From: Veleropilina oligotropha
Lineage: Eukaryota
DNA: 24,784 bases
Direction: 5' to 3'
NCBI GenBank assembly: GCA_048128005.1
Contig: JBEUKZ010000065.1
Span: 496,001-520,784, forward strand
Position numbers and translations under genes: made by a program. Below are positions 21,154-24,784 of this stretch, in pieces. Under the pieces are notes generated by a model. It was not told the DNA's origin, did not search any database, and saw nothing but the letters and a program-made list of their open reading frames with translations. The stretch's first letter is position 1. Each line of letters starts with the position of its first letter.

Positions 21154-21541
21154 ATCCTCGGTGATGGACTCTTTGTTCACTTATAAGTAACAGGTGCCCT
21201 TATAACTGATCCTCGGCGATGGACTCGTTGTCCACTTATCAGTAACAGATGCCCTTATAACTGATCCTCGGCGATGGACTCGTTGTCCACTTATCAGTCA
21301 CATGTGCCCTTATAACTGATCCTCGGTGATGGACTCTTTGTTCACTTATAAGTAACAGGTGCCCTTATAACTGATCCTCGGCGATGGACTCGTTGTCCAC
21401 TTATCAGTCACAGGTGCCCTTATAACTGATCCTCGGCGATGGACTCGTTGTCCACTTATCAGTAACAGGTGCCCTTATAACTGATCCTCGGCGATGGACT
21501 CTTTGTCCACTTATCAGTCACAGGTGCCCTTATAACTGATC
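21154..21541 (+). repeat. 55-bp tandem repeat, 7 copies
   Basis: Unit ATCCTCGGCGATGGACTCGTTGTCCACTTATCAGTAACAGGTGCCCTTATAACTG starts at 21154, 21209, 21264, 21319, 21374, 21429 and 21484. Confidence 0.98.
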
Positions 21542-21616
21542 GTTGAGAGTGGGGTTTCCCGGGCTTTCATTACGGAATAATATGGACTTGTCTTGGTAGG
21601 AACCTGAACGTTGTTA

Positions 21617-21875
21617 GGAAAGGAAAGGATCGATGCGTAATGTCCTGTATATTTTCAACCATCATTTGGTTCAAAGCAGGACACGTCCGTATTATCGCGG
21701 AAGGAAAGCCCGGGTAAACCCACCGGACCCGACCAGTTACGGACAACTGTGATTCATAATTTGAACAAATGTGTGCTGCCCCTGCCGAGGTTTGAACTCA
21801 TTACTGTTCGCGTCAGCGGAATCAAGTCGGTGCTTTTCGGAGTCCACAACCGTGCCACTGTACTGTCGAAGGGCC
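21617..21875 (-). mobile_element. Full-length SINE family A copy with target-site duplication
   Basis: Minus strand has an A-box-like gtggcacggttgtgg, a B box gagttcaaacc and a (CCTTT)n tail. Flanked by cct(g/a)aacgttgtta at 21603-21616 and 21874-21887. Confidence 0.85.
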
Positions 21876-23070
21876 TAAACGTTGTTAAGAATAATCGGAC
21901 ATAACAAGCATCTATCATAATTAACAGACAAAGGTAACACAAAGACACGTGCTTCCCTTGGATTTAAATAAAGTCGAATAACGATGAATAGGCGCGGTAA
22001 GCCGATACGGTTTAATAAAACTATATATATATGTTTGCATAATTGGAATATCCGTATGCTACAACAGGAATCGATCTATATATGCACCTTGATTAATATA
22101 TGCTGTTTTACAGTCTTTTTCGTGAGGGAATTTCTCCGACCTTTCTGTCTGACTATGGGACGATCGTGGGGTGCCGGCTATATATGCGGTTCTTGTAGCA
22201 CTTTGATTACATGTCAGGTAGGCCAACATGAAATCCCGCAGAGAATGTCAATGTTGACATAGAACATATTTTTAGCGGGAGTGAAATTATTTATGTCTCG
22301 ACCGAAGTGATTTATGAACGGGCCAAAATCGATTGTCAAATTTGATTTATGTTGCGGTCATGTAGCGATGTCCACAGTAAATAATGAGGTAAACGTACTT
22401 CACCACAAAATGCTTTGCGGTTGTGACTAAATAAGACATTCTATTACCACCATATAATTTAGTACCCCAAAAAGTTCGATTTTCGCAATAATAAAGCAGT
22501 GTTTTAAATTTCGAGACGACTAATGATAGGCTATAGAGCAAGACCACCTTTACGTTTCACGATCATTTATTTTATGTAACGTGTAACGCGGTAGGCATGG
22601 CAACCTTGTCTACGTAATCATTTTATGCGTGAACACGATAGCAGAATGTCATGTGTCACGTTAGATACTGTGCGAAGTGTGCTGATTCTGCGATTCGGGC
22701 CATTCCTGCCGCGTATGCGGTCCCGAGATCGCGCCAAGCACTGATAGATTTGACACGGGGTCATTCAGGGTCACAGACAGTTTATAAATGTTATCGAATT
22801 CTGACAAGTGTTGCTAGCAGCGATACGCTTCTGGAGGCTTGGCGCTGACTTCTCGCGTGATTTCAAACATCTGGCGCGTGCAAATCTCGTCTCAACCGCG
22901 CGACTCTGAGACAGAGAACACATCAGTTCCTGGAATTCCGTTGATGCTTAATATTTGTACTTTTCAATGTAAACAAGAGTGGCGATCGTTCGCATTCAAA
23001 TTCTATTGATTGGGCCCATTTAATAATTGCTGTTTCTTATATATTTAAATGACATTGATGACGTCATTAC

Positions 23071-23840
23071 GTAAAATGGTCAGAGGATTGGCAAATGCTT
23101 TTTAACACCAGTTATAACAACAATTTTTTAAATTATAAAATGGGTTCAGATACTTTAGAAGTAGTAGCAAAAGAGAAAGATTTGGGTGTATGGGTAGACA
23201 AGACGTTTAAACCATCAAATCAATGTGCAGAATCAGGAAATCAAATATTGGGAATGATAAAGAGAAACTTTAATTTTAAATCCAGAGTCATCATAACACT
23301 CTTATACAAGGAAATGGTTAAACCGCATTTAGAATATGCAGTGCAAGCATGGAGCCCATATATTGCAAAGGATATCAAAATTCTTGAACAAGTTCAAATA
23401 AGAGCAACAAAATTGATAGGCGAATTAAGAGAATTACCTCATGAGGCTAGACTAAGAGCACTTAACCTCACAACATTGTCTTTGAGAAGGACACGGCTGG
23501 GCGATATGTTTCGGGTATTTAAAATGCTTACAGGAAATGACAATGTTGACAATACTTTCTTTTTTCAGATGAACCAAAGACCTACCAGGGGCCATAAATA
23601 CAAAGTTTACAAAAAAAGATTCCGACTAAACGTCAGAAAACGATGAATGGAACAGTCTTCCTAGTAATGTAATAGAATCGACATCTGTAAACCAATTTAA
23701 AAACCGCATAGATGATTATTTTAAGAAGCAGGGCGGGTTATAGAATAAGATGACCAAAACGACATTGGGTTTTAATATGAGTGGCAGTAATGCGCTTCCT
23801 AAACACAACAAATTCTATTTAAATATATTTAATTCTAAAC
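23071..23840 (+). mobile_element. 5'-truncated CR1-type LINE (ORF2 C-terminal region, pseudogenised)
   Basis: Reads KWSEDWQMLFN..EKDLGV..LGMIKRNF..LYKEMVKPHLEYAVQAWSP..LEQVQIRATK..TRGH, then a frameshift near 23642 into WNSLPSNVIESTSVNQFKNRID, stop at 23741-23743, and an attcta-like tail. Confidence 0.93.
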
Positions 23841-24449
23841 AGTTGCAAGAATAAGCTAGCTGCTGACCATTATGCAAATTTACCGAAAATACAATAACTT
23901 CGAAAAGATTTGAAAAACTTTGTTTTCTATCATAATTTGTTACGAAGTTGCTGTGACTTATATGTGCTTATGACTGTGATCGCTAAGCATTGATTATATA
24001 CTGGTGAAATATTACTAAAAGATCTGTTTGGTTATCATGGCTATGAATTAGATAACTATCCATACCATTAGCTTGATATACCGACAATTGAACTCTACGG
24101 TCGTTCTTTCATTGTTCCAGTGAATCGCACAGACAACATCCGGGTGTTTAATCGCGAGGTGCGTGAACGAAGACATTCACAAGGTGTGAAACGCATTAGA
24201 ATAGAAAAGTCCACATCTGATATAGTTGTACATATATATGAAAATGGATTCCCCTCCATATATAATTATATATAGGGCCTGATTTGTCGACTAATTCGTG
24301 CTTTAATGAGATTTACCTTGAAATTTACAATATATTCTCTCGGCATGTATGACAGGACATATACGGCCTTAGACGATACTTCGTTGCGATTCTTTTGTTA
24401 TAAAACTGTCTATCCTTCATATTCACTTTTAGCGTTGTATATATGAAAA

Positions 24450-24784
24450 CAAGAACGACGCGTTCGGAATATGTCTTGACCTTTCTTTATTTCCCTCAAA
24501 TTTTCATAACAGTTAATACAATGGCTAAGGGCAAGTACTTCATGGCTTAATTTACTACCCCGTCGATTGTGACGTCACCAAATGACGATTAATTTAAAGC
24601 GACGTCGTAAGACGTCATTGCTATTTGCTTGCAATATTAGACATCCGTTATATACAAATATGCATAAAAGTGCTCAATAAATGCATATTTTTGCAAAATT
24701 GTGTCGCGAAAGTTATATACACGACCTACAAATACTCTTGGGAATGTGTGTACCAATTTTGGTGAAAATGGAGCAGGTAGTTTT
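24450..24784 (+). mobile_element. Helitron/HINE-like repeat running off the window end, homologous to 1885-2240
   Basis: Same shared blocks as 1885-2240. Ends in gtaccaattttggtgaaaatgg, a motif typical of these cores. Confidence 0.7.

Larger units (their letters stand above)
21091..21916 (+). mobile_element. tRNA-headed SINE (family A-related) containing a 55-bp tandem array and a nested antisense SINE
   Basis: A box agtagccgtgtgg and B box gggttcgaatcc (21146-21157). Body ...gtggggtttcccgggctttc and tail ...ggacataacaagcatctatc are homologous to family A. Confidence 0.78.

Noticed and set aside
21154..21541. CRISPR-like array, or hammerhead on the minus strand (ctgataag-tggac..gtcca)
   Set aside because: No spacers, and the stem is not followed by GAAA. 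It is explained as an internal SINE duplication.
15125..22552. One large Kolobok element from ttaaaggtgg (15125) to ccaccttta (~22552)
   Set aside because: The match is short, the right end lacks an intact TTAA, and no transposase lies between. These are probably unrelated solo ends.
22651..22848. ORF starting MCHVRYCAKC as a zinc-finger/THAP gene
   Set aside because: None of the downstream THAP residues (FP, W, CxxHF) are present.

Overview
AT-rich, repeat-dense animal genomic DNA, probably a mollusc or other lophotrochozoan (inferred from the repeat types and the protein family). There is one convincing host gene: an EF-hand sarcoplasmic calcium-binding protein (SCP)-like CDS at 7804-8367 (-), uninterrupted by introns, with a splice acceptor just upstream of the ATG, a strong Kozak context and a candidate poly(A) signal. 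Only one of its EF loops looks canonical. Almost everything else is repeat-derived: two CR1-type LINE fragments, an L2 3' end, two families of tRNA-headed SINEs, several TIR elements (Tc2-like, Kolobok-like, CACTA-like, hAT-like, and one carrying a THAP-domain relic missed by the ORF track), foldback Crypton-like elements, Helentron/HINE-like pieces, microsatellites and four tandem arrays (65, ~155, ~166 and 55 bp units). No CRISPR array, prokaryotic operon or genuine tRNA/rRNA gene is supported, and I cannot demonstrate a new biological system. The best leads are: (i) the ~45-copy 65-bp array, whose origin from an in-frame 84-bp unit is still visible at both edges; (ii) the THAP-relic MITE; (iii) a SINE that grew an internal satellite and then received an antisense relative; (iv) nested, tandem foldback elements; (v) the degenerate SCP; (vi) strong TGACGTCA enrichment across unrelated repeats. 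All alignments were done by eye and family labels come from recalled consensus motifs, not database searches.
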